A DNA stretch of 64,000 bases from an uncultured delta proteobacterium (GTDB taxonomy: Bacteria; Desulfobacterota; Desulfobacteria; Desulfobacterales; JAFDCJ01), in NCBI GenBank assembly GCA_963769935.1, contig CAVYNY010000011.1, positions 480,001-544,000 on the forward strand, in the 5' to 3' direction. A program made the translations under genes and the position numbers. Position 1 is the first letter of the stretch. The number at the start of each line of letters is the position of its first letter. This document shows, piece after piece, positions 41,644-51,239 of the stretch. The notes beneath the pieces are model-generated. The model saw nothing but the letters and a program-made list of their open reading frames with translations, did not search any database and was not told the origin of the DNA.

Positions 41644-41893
41644 GGTGTCAGGTGTCAGGTTTGAGCGGAGCCGACCGCAGAGCGACCAATCTGATCAAAA
41701 AGGGAACCATGGGTCGCGCGTTAACGCAGGGTCGGCCTCCGCGCCGACCGATTCCGGCGGGCACGGAAGCCCGCCCTGCGTCAACAATCGCAATAAATGA
41801 AGTTTTATAAAATTTCGTCTTAGATCGAACTGGCCCGCCTAACCTATAAACTTCGGCAACCGGCGGCTCCGCTGAAACCTGACACCTGACACC
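41644..41893. repeat. Nested palindromic element: GGTGTCA heptamer arms enclosing a REP-like inverted doublet
   Basis: GGTGTCAGGTGTCAGGTTTGAGCGGAGCCG pairs with CGGCTCCGCTGAAACCTGACACCTGACACC; inner 26-nt units at 41724-41749 and 41756-41781. Confidence 0.85.
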
Positions 41894-41903
41894 CAAACTT
41901 AAC

Positions 41904-42668
41904 TTACTGCTCCATTTCCGTCAGAACTTCAAAAATCAATTCTCTAATCACCCGGCAAGCAGTTTCCCGGCCCTTCATAAATTTTTTATGCTTGAAGCCG
42001 GGTAGCCAGGTCAAAGAAGACAGTTCATCTGAGACCACCAGAATGCCGCCAAGATCCACCCCACGGAATTTTGCGACCGAGCAAAGGGCCGAAGTTTCCA
42101 TGTCCACGGCCAGAATGCCCCTTTGCTGATGGGCTGCGACCTGCCGGCGGGTCTCACGAAAAACGGCATCTGTAGACCAGACCGCTCCCGAGTGAAAGTC
42201 GATATTATTATTTTTCAAGGCCCGGCTGATCCTGGACACCAAGGAAAAGGACGCCGCTAAAGGGCCACTGTCATCCGCGCCGTAGTGCCTGGAAGTTCCT
42301 TCATCAATCACAACAGATGTCGGCAGGATGATATCGCCTATTTTTACCCGGTCTGAAACTGCGCCGCACCAGCCCAGAAAAATGATCCGGCGGGCGCCCC
42401 GCGCAATCAGGGTTTCCAGCAGCATAGCGGCATAGGGGGCACCGACAAACGGGCCGATGACTGAAAAATCGGCCGGCCCGAGCCGGTTAAAATACATGCG
42501 GCTGATGAAAAGGCGCTGGAATTCAGTTTTATTGAATGGCAATAAATCGCCAAGCAGAAAAAGATCCGCCCGGGTTGCAGCCATCACAGCAACGGTTCCG
42601 ATATCCGGTGAATTCTTAGGCTTTTGCGGATTTACGACGGCGTCCCAATTTTCGGCGGAAAGCGGCAT
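41904..42668 (-). CDS. Nucleoside phosphorylase family protein (PNP/UDP type)
   Basis: GAPYAAMLLETL, IFLGWCGA, DEGTSRHY, WSTDAVFRET, AVDMETSAL, VVSDEL. Confidence 0.88.
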   Translation of the reverse strand: MPLSAENWDAVVNPQKPKNSPDIGTVAVMAATRADLFLLGDLLPFNKTEFQRLFISRMYFNRLGPADFSVIGPFVGAPYAAMLLETLIARGARRIIFLGWCGAVSDRVKIGDIILPTSVVIDEGTSRHYGADDSGPLAASFSLVSRISRALKNNNIDFHSGAVWSTDAVFRETRRQVAAHQQRGILAVDMETSALCSVAKFRGVDLGGILVVSDELSSLTWLPGFKHKKFMKGRETACRVIRELIFEVLTEMEQ

Positions 42669-42678
42669 CTGTGGCGGC

Positions 42679-42933
42679 TCATACGGGCTTTGTCAGTTTC
42701 GTCATCTCATCTTTGAGCTCATCAATAATGTCATAGAGCCACATCAGGTCCTCGATAGTCAAGCGGCCGGCTTTCGCCGGCGCCCGCTCGGAGCCGTCTT
42801 GTTTCAACAGGATGCGGGGACCGATTTGCACTTTGGGTTCACCGTTGCCGTATTGGTTGATTGAAACAATCAGACCGGTTTCCTGACATTGCCACTTTTT
42901 GAGCATCTTGTCCATTTCAGGATCGTAAGGCAT
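42679..42933 (-). CDS. Hypothetical 84-aa protein
   Basis: Strong GGAGGAG Shine-Dalgarno before MPYDPEMDK; co-oriented, ending 10 bp before the phosphorylase gene. Confidence 0.8.
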   Translation of the reverse strand: MPYDPEMDKMLKKWQCQETGLIVSINQYGNGEPKVQIGPRILLKQDGSERAPAKAGRLTIEDLMWLYDIIDELKDEMTKLTKPV

Positions 42934-42981
42934 AATCTCCTCCAGTTCAGCTTTATTCCAAAACATCATGGTCGGTCATTG

Positions 42982-43139
42982 AGGGTTTATAAAAAAATTA
43001 ATTCACAATTTTAGGCGTTGAGGCGCCCGACTGGCAAGGCGCGAAAACGCAGGAATATCTGGATATTCCGAGCTTTCGCAACGCCGCCGGGCGGGATGCA
43101 TCGGCATATAAAATGTGAAGTTATTTTTGAGTGAGCCCT
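42982..43139. mobile_element. MITE-like 158-bp long imperfect palindrome
   Basis: AGGGTTTATAAAAAAATTAATTCACAATTTTA versus right-end reverse complement AGGGCTCACTCAAAAATAACTTCACATTTTA; centre GCGAAA..GGAATATC-tg-GATATTCC..TTTCGC. Confidence 0.65.
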
Positions 43140-43194
43140 AAGCTGCCATAATTCTCAATTCTGCCTACAAAGTCATTAGCTGCGCCAAAATCCA

Positions 43195-45295
43195 TCAGGC
43201 TGACAGTTTCGAAAAATCAGCGAATTTGCCAAACAGGGCCGCGATAGCGGTCAGCAAGGCGAGCCGATTGCGGCGCACTTTGCTATCATCCGTCAGTACC
43301 ATGACCCCTTCAAAGAAAGCATCCACAGGATCTCGCAATGAAGCAATTTTGACCAGGGCCTGATCAAACAAACCTTGTGCCAGATCATCTTCGACCCTGT
43401 TTTTTACCTGTTCATAGGCAGCAAGCAGCGCTTCTTCCGATTCATGCTGGAATAGTTTTTGATCCGGATCACCCGACTGGAGATCATCGGCTTTTTTAAT
43501 GATGTTTACGACCCGTTTAAACGCCACGGCCAGGGGTTCAAAATCCGGTTTGGCCTTTAGTTTCTCCAGCGCAGCGGCCTTTTGCCAAGTGGCGGGAATA
43601 CTACTGTCAGCCGACGCATCGAGCACAGCGGCCACCGTATCTTTTGCAAACCCGCCCTCGACCAGCAAATTGGTCATCCGGTTTCGCAGAAACGTATAGA
43701 CCTGCGCTTTCACTTCCGCTGGATTTTTGGGCTTAAATTGCTTCACGCCTTCCGCTATCAGATCCGTCAGGGCAAAGGAAAACCCTTTATCCAGCATGAT
43801 CTGAATAATGCCGATGCTCTGGCGTCGAAGGGCATAAGGATCGGAAGCACCGGTAGGGATCAGGCCGATGGTGAAGCATCCGCAAAGAGAGTCGATTTTA
43901 TCGGCCAGCGAAAGTATGGCGCCCACCAGCGTCTCCGGCAACGGCGCCCCGGAATAAACCGGACGGTAATGCTCTTCGATTGCAGCCGCTACCATGGGGG
44001 GTTCCCCGGCAACGGTTGCATAAATTCTGCCCATAATTCCCTGCAGCTTCGGGAATTCACCCACAACCTGACTCACCAGATCCGATTTACTCAGCAGGGC
44101 GGCCCGGGACACCTGTTTTTTCAACCCATCATCTTTTGCGCCGGAGGCAGATCCCAAATCGACGGCCTCGGATATAAATTCGCCGATCCTGGCCACCCGC
44201 TCCATTTTTTCATAGACGGTTCCCAGCTCAGCCTGAAAAAGAACTCTTTTCAGCATCGCTACCCGCTCATCATTGCCGACGGCAAGGTCACCCTGATAAA
44301 AAAACCGGGCATCCGCCAAACGGGCCCGCAAGACCCTCTCATGGCCTTTGGCCACCACCGCCATATCCTTGGCGACGGTATTGTTGACCGCGATAAAACA
44401 CGGCATCAGCTTATTGTTCTGATCGACGATGGCAAAGTACTTCTGGTGCTCCCGCATGGCATTGATTAACACCTCATCGGGAACTTCCAGAAATGCTTCA
44501 TCAAATTTGCCCGCCACCGGCACCGGAAACTCAACCAGGTTGTTGACAATGTCCACCAGTTCGTCATCCGGCAGAATGCGGCCGCCAAGCCCGCGGGCAA
44601 CTTCAACGATTTCGCTGCTCGAGTTTGGTTCGGCGTTCCTGCGGGTCGGCCAGGACGTGGGCGGATCGCAGCGCTGCGACATAGTCATCTGCGGAATCCA
44701 GCTTAATTTTGGCCGGCGACATAAAACTGTGTCCGTGGGTATAGCGGTTGCTCTTTAAATTGCAGAGATTAAAGCCGATAACTTTATCGCCCAGTAGTGC
44801 CAGGATGGTATGAATCGGCCTGGCAAACTCGATATCCAGGTCCGCCCATCGCATTTTTTTGGGAAACGGAATTGATAAAATTACTTCGGCTAAAATATCT
44901 TTAAGCAGCGTCCGGGTTGCGCCGCCGCGCTGTATTGTCACGGCAGACAGATAAGCACCCTTGGGCGTTTCTATGACGCTCAGGCTGCTGACCGGCACGC
45001 CCACTTTTTCTGCAAATTTAAGAGCGGCCGTTGCCGGGCGGCCCTGAGCATCCAGACCAATTCTGGCCGGAGGCCCGATAACTTGGGATTGCATTGATTT
45101 TTGCTTGTCGACCACGTTGTCCACTTTGATGGCCAGTCTGCGCGGCGTTGCATAGAGCTCCGCCTGACCGTGGTCAATACGGGCATCCGTCAATTTTTGC
45201 AATAAAGCGGCCGATAACGCCGCCAGCGCCGGGGCAATATAGCCGGCCGGAATTTCTTCAGTTCCGATTTCAAGTAATAAATCGCTCATGATCAC
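43195..45295 (-). CDS. glyS: Glycine-tRNA ligase beta subunit, one +1 frameshift near 44614
   Basis: LLLEIGTEEIP, ATPRRLA, MRWAD...FARPI, then LVEFP, HQKYF, GHERVLRARLADARFF, EFPKLQGIMG, SDPYALRR, RRNRLALL. Confidence 0.95.
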
Positions 45296-45308
45296 CCCTT
45301 AAAAGGTT

Positions 45309-46178
45309 TTACTTTCCTAATAGCGGAAATCCCATTTTTTCCCGCTGATTCAAATAGCCCTCGGCACATTGCCGGGCAAGATTTCTGATACGGGCAATAT
45401 AGCCGGTACGCTCGGTGACGCTGATGGCGCCCCTTGCATCCAGCAGATTAAACGAATGCGAGCATTTCAGGCAATATTCGTAGGCCGGCAAAACAAGATT
45501 ACCCTCGATTTGCTTTTGCGACTCCGCTTCGTATTTACTGAAAAGATCGAATAGAACCGGCACATCGGCCTTTTCGAAATTATAGGTTGACTGTTCGACT
45601 TCCTGCTGGTGATGCACATCTCCATAAGTAATTTCTCGATTCCATTGCAGATCATAGACGTTGTCAACCCCTTGAAGATACATGGCAATACGTTCCAATC
45701 CGTATGTCAGTTCTACGGAAATGGGTTTTAACTCAATGCTGCCGGCCATCTGAAAATAAGTAAACTGCGTAATCTCCATGCCATCCAGCCAAACCTCCCA
45801 GCCCAGGCCTGCCGCTCCGAGTGTTGGAGATTCCCAGTCATCCTCAACGAACCGGATATCGTGTTCAAGCGGATCAACGCCCAAAACCTTCAGGCTCTGC
45901 AGATACAACTGCTGGGTATCGAAAGGCGAAGGCTTCATGAGAACTTGATACTGATAATAATGCTGCAAACGATTGGGATTGTCTCCATAGCGGCCGTCCG
46001 TCGGTCGTCTGGAAGGTTGGACGTAGGCGACGTGCCAGGGTTCCGGTCCCAGGGCTTTCAAGGTCGTAAAGTGATGAAATGTTCCGGCGCCGACCTCCAA
46101 ATCATAGGGCTGCACCATCACACAACCCTTGCGGGTCCAGAATTTGTGCAGTGCGAGAATTACATCCTGAAAATACAT
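45309..46178 (-). CDS. glyQ: Glycine-tRNA ligase alpha subunit
   Basis: [61 protein letters not shown]. Confidence 0.98.
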   Translation of the reverse strand: MYFQDVILALHKFWTRKGCVMVQPYDLEVGAGTFHHFTTLKALGPEPWHVAYVQPSRRPTDGRYGDNPNRLQHYYQYQVLMKPSPFDTQQLYLQSLKVLGVDPLEHDIRFVEDDWESPTLGAAGLGWEVWLDGMEITQFTYFQMAGSIELKPISVELTYGLERIAMYLQGVDNVYDLQWNREITYGDVHHQQEVEQSTYNFEKADVPVLFDLFSKYEAESQKQIEGNLVLPAYEYCLKCSHSFNLLDARGAISVTERTGYIARIRNLARQCAEGYLNQREKMGFPLLGK

Positions 46179-46229
46179 TGTGGGTTCCTTTACTTAAAGC
46201 CAATTTTAAAGGCTTCACTGTTTTTTTTA

Positions 46230-46569
46230 GGTTTCAGAGCTTCTTTAAGGTTTCAGTGTTCAGGTGTCAGATAAAAGAGCTCATAGCTGATAGCTCATAG
46301 TTCATAGTCAAAAGACCCCGCAGAATTTCGAAGGTCGGTTTCGCTATGCACAGTTTTTTTTATTAAGCAGACTGAATGCCTTCCTTCGACATTCGACCTG
46401 CCCGCAATGCCTTAAAACGGGAGTGTGGCAAATTTTAGCAGTTGATTCATAGCTGAATGATTACCTACTCACACACAATGAATCTGGTATATAAGACATT
46501 ATTGGGATCTCCTGCAGCTATCAAAAAAATTCCTCATGTCGCACCAGGGCGGGCTGACACCTGAAACCT
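46230..46569. repeat. Multiply nested repeat element
   Basis: Outer GGTTTCAGTGTTCAGGTGTCAG / CTGACACCTGAAACCT arms; inner TAGCTCA tract; 46321-46396 matches 57679-57752 in reverse complement; then a CCTGCCCG...GGGCGGG-bounded insert. Confidence 0.8.
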
Positions 46570-46577
46570 TCTGGTTC

Positions 46578-47636
46578 TTAGTAAACAATGAGCCCTTTTG
46601 AGTCAATTTTAACCTCCAGCAGACGTGCCTCATCTCGGGCAAGAAGAGTCTTCTCCCACAAAGGTCTCAATCTGTCAATATTTTCGATTTCACCAACGGC
46701 CCACAGGCAGCCTCCGCCGCCGGCACCTGTAAAGCGCGCACCGCAGTCGTTTTGCCGCGCGCCGACCACCAATTTTTCTCCTATATTATCCAGTACGTCC
46801 GGCGTCAGAGTCCGACGAATCGCTGTCTCCCGGTTCATCTCGACGGCGGCCTGATTGTAATTTTTTTCAGCCAGCGCGGCGATAAACCGATGCGTGCATG
46901 CAATGATTTCCAGCCAAAGATCGCGATACCGGCCGGAAAGAAACTGCCGTATCCACCGTCCGTTGATGTCTTTGGAAACATGAGGCATGCCGCAATAGGC
47001 AATCAGCAGATGCCGCTCCAGATCGTGCTGGGAATTTTTTCCGACGATGCATCGTTTTTTGAACATCGGTCCCATCGGCTTGGCCTGCAGGTACCAGGCA
47101 TTGACACCGCCGAAAGCGGCGGCAAGCTGATCCTGAATGCCGCAGGGCACACCGGCGACGGACTGCTCGATTTGATAAGCTAAAAGCGCTGTGGCGCGTC
47201 GATCCAATCCGGTATCGGATTTGCCATGGGTCATTAATTTTGAAAATGCCGCCACCAGCGCTACCGCCGCAACGGATGATCCGCCCAACGCGCTGCGGGG
47301 CGGAGATTGGGACTCGATTTCAATATGAATACCCCGAGCATTGAAATAAGCGGCCGTCGCAAACATCAGTCCCAGAGGGTGATCAAACGGTGCGGCGTCG
47401 GCCTGAAATTGGGCATCCTTGAAACCGCTGGATGAAATCCTGATCGTGTCCCTGGTGTAAGGTCGCAGCCTGACCCGCGTTCTGAGCCCTAAAGCAATGT
47501 TAAACGTGCAGGGTGACAGGTGGTGCAGCGGGTAGTAGAACGTGGCAATGTCAAGCGTGCCGCCCATATCGATCCGGCAAGGCGCCGAAGCCTCTATTAG
47601 TTCCGATTCAAGTATTTTACTGAATTGTTCGTGCAT
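46578..47636 (-). CDS. GHMP-family sugar kinase (HddA/galactokinase-like)
   Basis: ASAPCRIDMGGTLD, PPRSALGGSS, GIQDQLAAAFGG, GARFTGAGGGGC. Start taken at MHEQF; the ORF extension upstream runs through a repeat. Confidence 0.88.
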   Translation of the reverse strand: MHEQFSKILESELIEASAPCRIDMGGTLDIATFYYPLHHLSPCTFNIALGLRTRVRLRPYTRDTIRISSSGFKDAQFQADAAPFDHPLGLMFATAAYFNARGIHIEIESQSPPRSALGGSSVAAVALVAAFSKLMTHGKSDTGLDRRATALLAYQIEQSVAGVPCGIQDQLAAAFGGVNAWYLQAKPMGPMFKKRCIVGKNSQHDLERHLLIAYCGMPHVSKDINGRWIRQFLSGRYRDLWLEIIACTHRFIAALAEKNYNQAAVEMNRETAIRRTLTPDVLDNIGEKLVVGARQNDCGARFTGAGGGGCLWAVGEIENIDRLRPLWEKTLLARDEARLLEVKIDSKGLIVY

Positions 47637-47667
47637 ATTCCAAATCCAATGCCGCCCAAGATGGAGA

Positions 47668-47801
47668 ATTGAATATTGAAGAATGAATATTGAATATTTA
47701 AGGTATGCCTTCGGCAGATCAATTTTAAAAAGGTCTATCAAAAGAATGCCGGAGCGCAGCGACTTCCACAAATATTCAATCTTCAATCTACAATATTCAA
47801 T
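47668..47801. repeat. GAATATT heptamer palindromic element
   Basis: ATTGAATATTGAAGAATGAATATTGAATATT ... AATATTCAATCTTCAATCTACAATATTCAAT; core shared with 12009-12116. Confidence 0.85.
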
Positions 47802-47805
47802 TTAT

Positions 47806-48570
47806 TCAGTCCCTGACCTGTCGCAAGAATTTCAAGCTGCGCGGCTGCTTGCCCAAATGATAGCATACAAATTCCTCCAAGAAACGCGTGCTTTCCTCCA
47901 GCGCCGGCGAACTGAATTTGATCCTGGTTGCTTTGTCTAAATTGCCGCTTGCAGTCCAGAGCAGCTCTTTGATCGTTCCTTTGGCAAGCGTCAAGCGGGA
48001 GGCGGAATTTCGGCCGCAGTCATCACACAGGATTCCGCCCCTTTGCAAATCAAGTATTACCGTCGCCTGGTTGATACTGTCCAGCTTCTTGCGGCACAGG
48101 CTGCAGGCGGTTAAATTGGGTTGGTGCCCGGACAGCGTCAGTAATCGCATTTGAAACAGGATATTTAAGGCAGCCGGCGCAGTAGGTCCGTTGTCCAGTT
48201 CGGTTAATACATGCTCAAAAAGATAATACAGCTCATCCTGTCTGTAATTTTCTTCCATCCAGTTGTAGATTAATTCGGCCCAGTAACTGGCGTAAGCGGT
48301 TTTCTTGAAGTCGGCCCTGATGGCGCTGAACGGCTGGTTTAAAACAGCCTCCTGCAGAACCGGCAATCCCCGCCCCCGGCCGGCAGCAACCACCAGCTCC
48401 AGTTCCGAAAAAAGCTCCAGAATGCCCGCAAAGCGTTTAGTGCTCTTTTTGGCAGCCTTGGCTATCAGGGACACTTTGCCTCTTTGCAGCGTGAAAAAGG
48501 TGATGATAACATCAAAATCCCCATAATCCATTCGGCGGAGCAAAATGGCAGGCGAGGAAAAAACCGGCAT
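47806..48570 (-). CDS. recO: DNA repair protein RecO
   Basis: AILLRRMDYGDFDVIITFFT..RGKV..AKAAKKS.KRF, CSLC...LCDDC zinc motif, C-terminal PRSLKFL. Confidence 0.93.
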   Translation of the reverse strand: MPVFSSPAILLRRMDYGDFDVIITFFTLQRGKVSLIAKAAKKSTKRFAGILELFSELELVVAAGRGRGLPVLQEAVLNQPFSAIRADFKKTAYASYWAELIYNWMEENYRQDELYYLFEHVLTELDNGPTAPAALNILFQMRLLTLSGHQPNLTACSLCRKKLDSINQATVILDLQRGGILCDDCGRNSASRLTLAKGTIKELLWTASGNLDKATRIKFSSPALEESTRFLEEFVCYHLGKQPRSLKFLRQVRD

Positions 48571-48628
48571 GCGCTTAAATACCAAGGAGAGTTGTAGCGA
48601 TAAAAAAATAAAAAGAATTCAAAAAGCC

Positions 48629-49366
48629 CTACGGCAGATGCATGGTTACCACCTGCCCGCTTTCACCTGGAATTGAAACGGGTTTTTCATTAAGTATTAA
48701 CTTTACACCGGCCGCATCGCCGATAAGCAGGCTGTAACCGGTTTTGGCTTCAAGCTGGATGTTGTCTCCGGTTTTTAAATTGTATTCCGTCGAGTCCTTC
48801 TCATCGGCAATGACCTTCACCCATGTATCTTCCAGGGCCGTGATCTGCAAGATCAATTTGTCCGAATTGGGGTTTTCGGATTCGACAGCCGCCCTAACGG
48901 ATTCTTCGGGTTTGCCGGCAACGGACGGTATTGATGCGGCTGAAGATTTCGGCGCGGGTAGTTCATCCGTACCGGGTTGAACGAAGAAATGTGAAACAAC
49001 GGTGATGGACAGCGCTATAATGCATAGGAACAAAACCAACGCAAGTACTAGTTTCCACCCCATTTGTTTCATCGGCTTGCCGATCGAGGCCTCGGATTCG
49101 GCTATTTTTTGCACGACATCAAGCCGGGACTCATAACGGCGGACCGCCTCATTACCATCAGCGCCAATAGCGGCGGCATAAGAACGCAAAAAGCCTTTTA
49201 CAAAAACCTCGGCCGGCAGTTGCTCGTGGTCCTCTTGTTCAACGAGCGTAAGATTACCCAGGCCGATGCGGGTTTGCTCTGCAACCTGTTTCAGGCTGAT
49301 CTTTTTTTCAAGCCGGATAGCCTGCAAATAACGCCCGAATGATAAGGATTCCTTATCGTTTTTCAT
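48629..49366 (-). CDS. rodZ: RodZ-like protein (HTH, TM, DUF4115-like periplasmic domain)
   Basis: FGRYLQAIRLEK, LPAEVFVKGFLRSYA, TM helix, EDTWVKV...IGDAAGVKLILN. Confidence 0.85.
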   Translation of the reverse strand: MKNDKESLSFGRYLQAIRLEKKISLKQVAEQTRIGLGNLTLVEQEDHEQLPAEVFVKGFLRSYAAAIGADGNEAVRRYESRLDVVQKIAESEASIGKPMKQMGWKLVLALVLFLCIIALSITVVSHFFVQPGTDELPAPKSSAASIPSVAGKPEESVRAAVESENPNSDKLILQITALEDTWVKVIADEKDSTEYNLKTGDNIQLEAKTGYSLLIGDAAGVKLILNEKPVSIPGESGQVVTMHLP

Positions 49367-49380
49367 GATCCCAGGCCCGG

Positions 49381-50412
49381 TTACTGGATAATCTTAATAT
49401 ACGATCTTGCACGCAGTTCATCAAGCCACTCCTGATACCGGTTGTCAACGTATTCGTTGTAAAGTATTTGTTTAATATCAGATTCCAGCTCTGCAAGAGG
49501 TTTGGACGGCGTCTCCACTATTTTCTGGACATAAATAATCTGATAGCCGAAATTGGCATCCAGCACTTGCGAATATTCGCCGGCTTTCATTATTTCAACC
49601 ACCTTTTGTAATTCGGCCGACAACTCCTCGCGACGGTACAGCCCCAGGTCGGTGCCCTTGGCCGGGGATCCCGATTCATTCAATTGCTTAACCATAGTTT
49701 CAAATGAAGTCCCCTGTTTCAACGTGGCCTCGACGGCTTGTATTTCTTTTAAGGCGGTGTCTTTTTCAGATTCAGATGCTTTGATGAATATATTCCAGAG
49801 ATAGTATTTCCTGTCACCGACATACTTTTCCCGGTGCTGCTCGTAGTAGGCTTTTATATCCGCCTGGGTAATCACGATTTTGGATTTTACTTCCCGGTTC
49901 ACCAGTTTGGTTCTTAAAATCTGTGATTCCATCTCCTTGCGATATTCCTCCATGGTCATTCCCTGGGCGGCAAGTCCCTCCCGCAGCTGCTCATCCGTAA
50001 AAGAGCGCGTCTGTTTAATGCGTTCAATGGTTGTGTCAATTTCTTTCTCGGTCACAGATATTTGATAGCGTTTTACTTGCTGGTCTGCCAGTTGGCTGTC
50101 GATGAGCTGATTGAGAACATCGCTGCGAACCCGAAAAAGGGTCTGGCGTTCTTTTTCCGCAGGATACTTCAGGGCTTTGATATTGGCCTCATAGGGCTTG
50201 AAAGCCCGGCTTAAATCGTAAAGGGTAACAATATCACCATTGACCACAGCCACAATGCGATCGACCACTTCGGGTGTCTGTGCCCGCACGCTGCCGGCCG
50301 ATGCTGTTGTGATGATCACCCAACCCCACGCGATCGTCGCCAGCATACGCCGGACTTTTCTGTCGCTAACCGCTTTTTGAATCATCGCCGACCGTTTTTT
50401 CATTTTCTTCAA
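49381..50412 (-). CDS. surA: SurA-like periplasmic chaperone/PPIase (start uncertain, possibly 50385 or 50346)
   Basis: VVDRIVAVVNGDIVT, LNQLID, GTDLG, GYQII, WLDELRARSYIKI. Confidence 0.85.
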   Translation of the reverse strand: MKKMKKRSAMIQKAVSDRKVRRMLATIAWGWVIITTASAGSVRAQTPEVVDRIVAVVNGDIVTLYDLSRAFKPYEANIKALKYPAEKERQTLFRVRSDVLNQLIDSQLADQQVKRYQISVTEKEIDTTIERIKQTRSFTDEQLREGLAAQGMTMEEYRKEMESQILRTKLVNREVKSKIVITQADIKAYYEQHREKYVGDRKYYLWNIFIKASESEKDTALKEIQAVEATLKQGTSFETMVKQLNESGSPAKGTDLGLYRREELSAELQKVVEIMKAGEYSQVLDANFGYQIIYVQKIVETPSKPLAELESDIKQILYNEYVDNRYQEWLDELRARSYIKIIQ

Positions 50413-51112
50413 TGCTTTTGGAACCGGTTATCTTTTCCCATAGCTCGCTGTTGATTTCAACGACATATTTGGCCTTCAGGGCTTCAATCCAGGAATTGTA
50501 TTTATCTTCCGCTTTTTGGCGGCGCAACTGTTTTACAATGGCCTCGTCGATTTCCTCCGAGGTTTGGCCCGATTCGGATTCCATATCCCGGCCCTGGTAA
50601 TGCTTCTGATAATACTCGGAAATGTCCTCAGGGGCAATTGTGATTCGGTTGGCAACTTCTTCATCGATCACTTTATCCATGATCAGGCGGTTTTTCAGCC
50701 GGCTTTTCCAGGAATCATAGGATACGGCATATTCCAGCAATGCTTTTTCGAATTCTCCCTCCGGATAGTCGCTTTTAATCCCGGAAACGGCTTTTTCGAG
50801 CTCCGCATCGGTTACGCTGATTCCCAGCTTTTGCGCTTCTTCAAGCAGAATCATCTCGACCGTCAATTCGTTCAAAAGCCTTATCTGCGCATTTCTTAAA
50901 TCTTCCGGATGTTGCTTTATATCATCTTCGTAGGCAATTTTTTCAATTTCAAAGGCGTTATTGAATTCCAGGACGGTCATATTCCGGTCTCCAACGCGAA
51001 TCAATACTTCTTTACCCAGGTCGGTGTCCTTTGGCCCGCAGCCGGCGAAAAGGAATAGCAGAAAAATCGACCCCATCCTAACCACAGTTTTGGAAAATCT
51101 TGGTAACATCAA
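50366..51112 (-). CDS. SurA N-terminal-domain lipoprotein
   Basis: Lipobox FLFAGC; LLEEAQKLGISVTDAEL; WIEALKAKYVVEIN; lies between mfd and surA. Confidence 0.8.
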   Translation of the reverse strand: MMLPRFSKTVVRMGSIFLLFLFAGCGPKDTDLGKEVLIRVGDRNMTVLEFNNAFEIEKIAYEDDIKQHPEDLRNAQIRLLNELTVEMILLEEAQKLGISVTDAELEKAVSGIKSDYPEGEFEKALLEYAVSYDSWKSRLKNRLIMDKVIDEEVANRITIAPEDISEYYQKHYQGRDMESESGQTSEEIDEAIVKQLRRQKAEDKYNSWIEALKAKYVVEINSELWEKITGSKSIEENEKTVGDDSKSG

Positions 51113-51239
51113 TCAGGGTTTTACTCCGTTATAAAAAACCAACTAAATTATTGTGTCTGCATGCACGCAATCACTTTATTTTAAACTCAGCAACCATTTG
51201 GCCGCCGACGAATAACTCTAACAATTGAGAAATTAACCT

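Noticed and set aside
43195..45295. glyS, hdrA and pfp as pseudogenes
   Set aside because: Each has a single extra base with otherwise intact motifs, and glyS is normally essential; sequencing error is more likely.
47637..47786. N-terminal extensions of the GHMP kinase, ftsY (37424) and the aor neighbour (21424), and short ORFs in repeat tracts such as 33331-33666, 41616-41896 and 57819-58115
   Set aside because: They are translations of intergenic repeat elements, and better starts exist downstream for the real genes.
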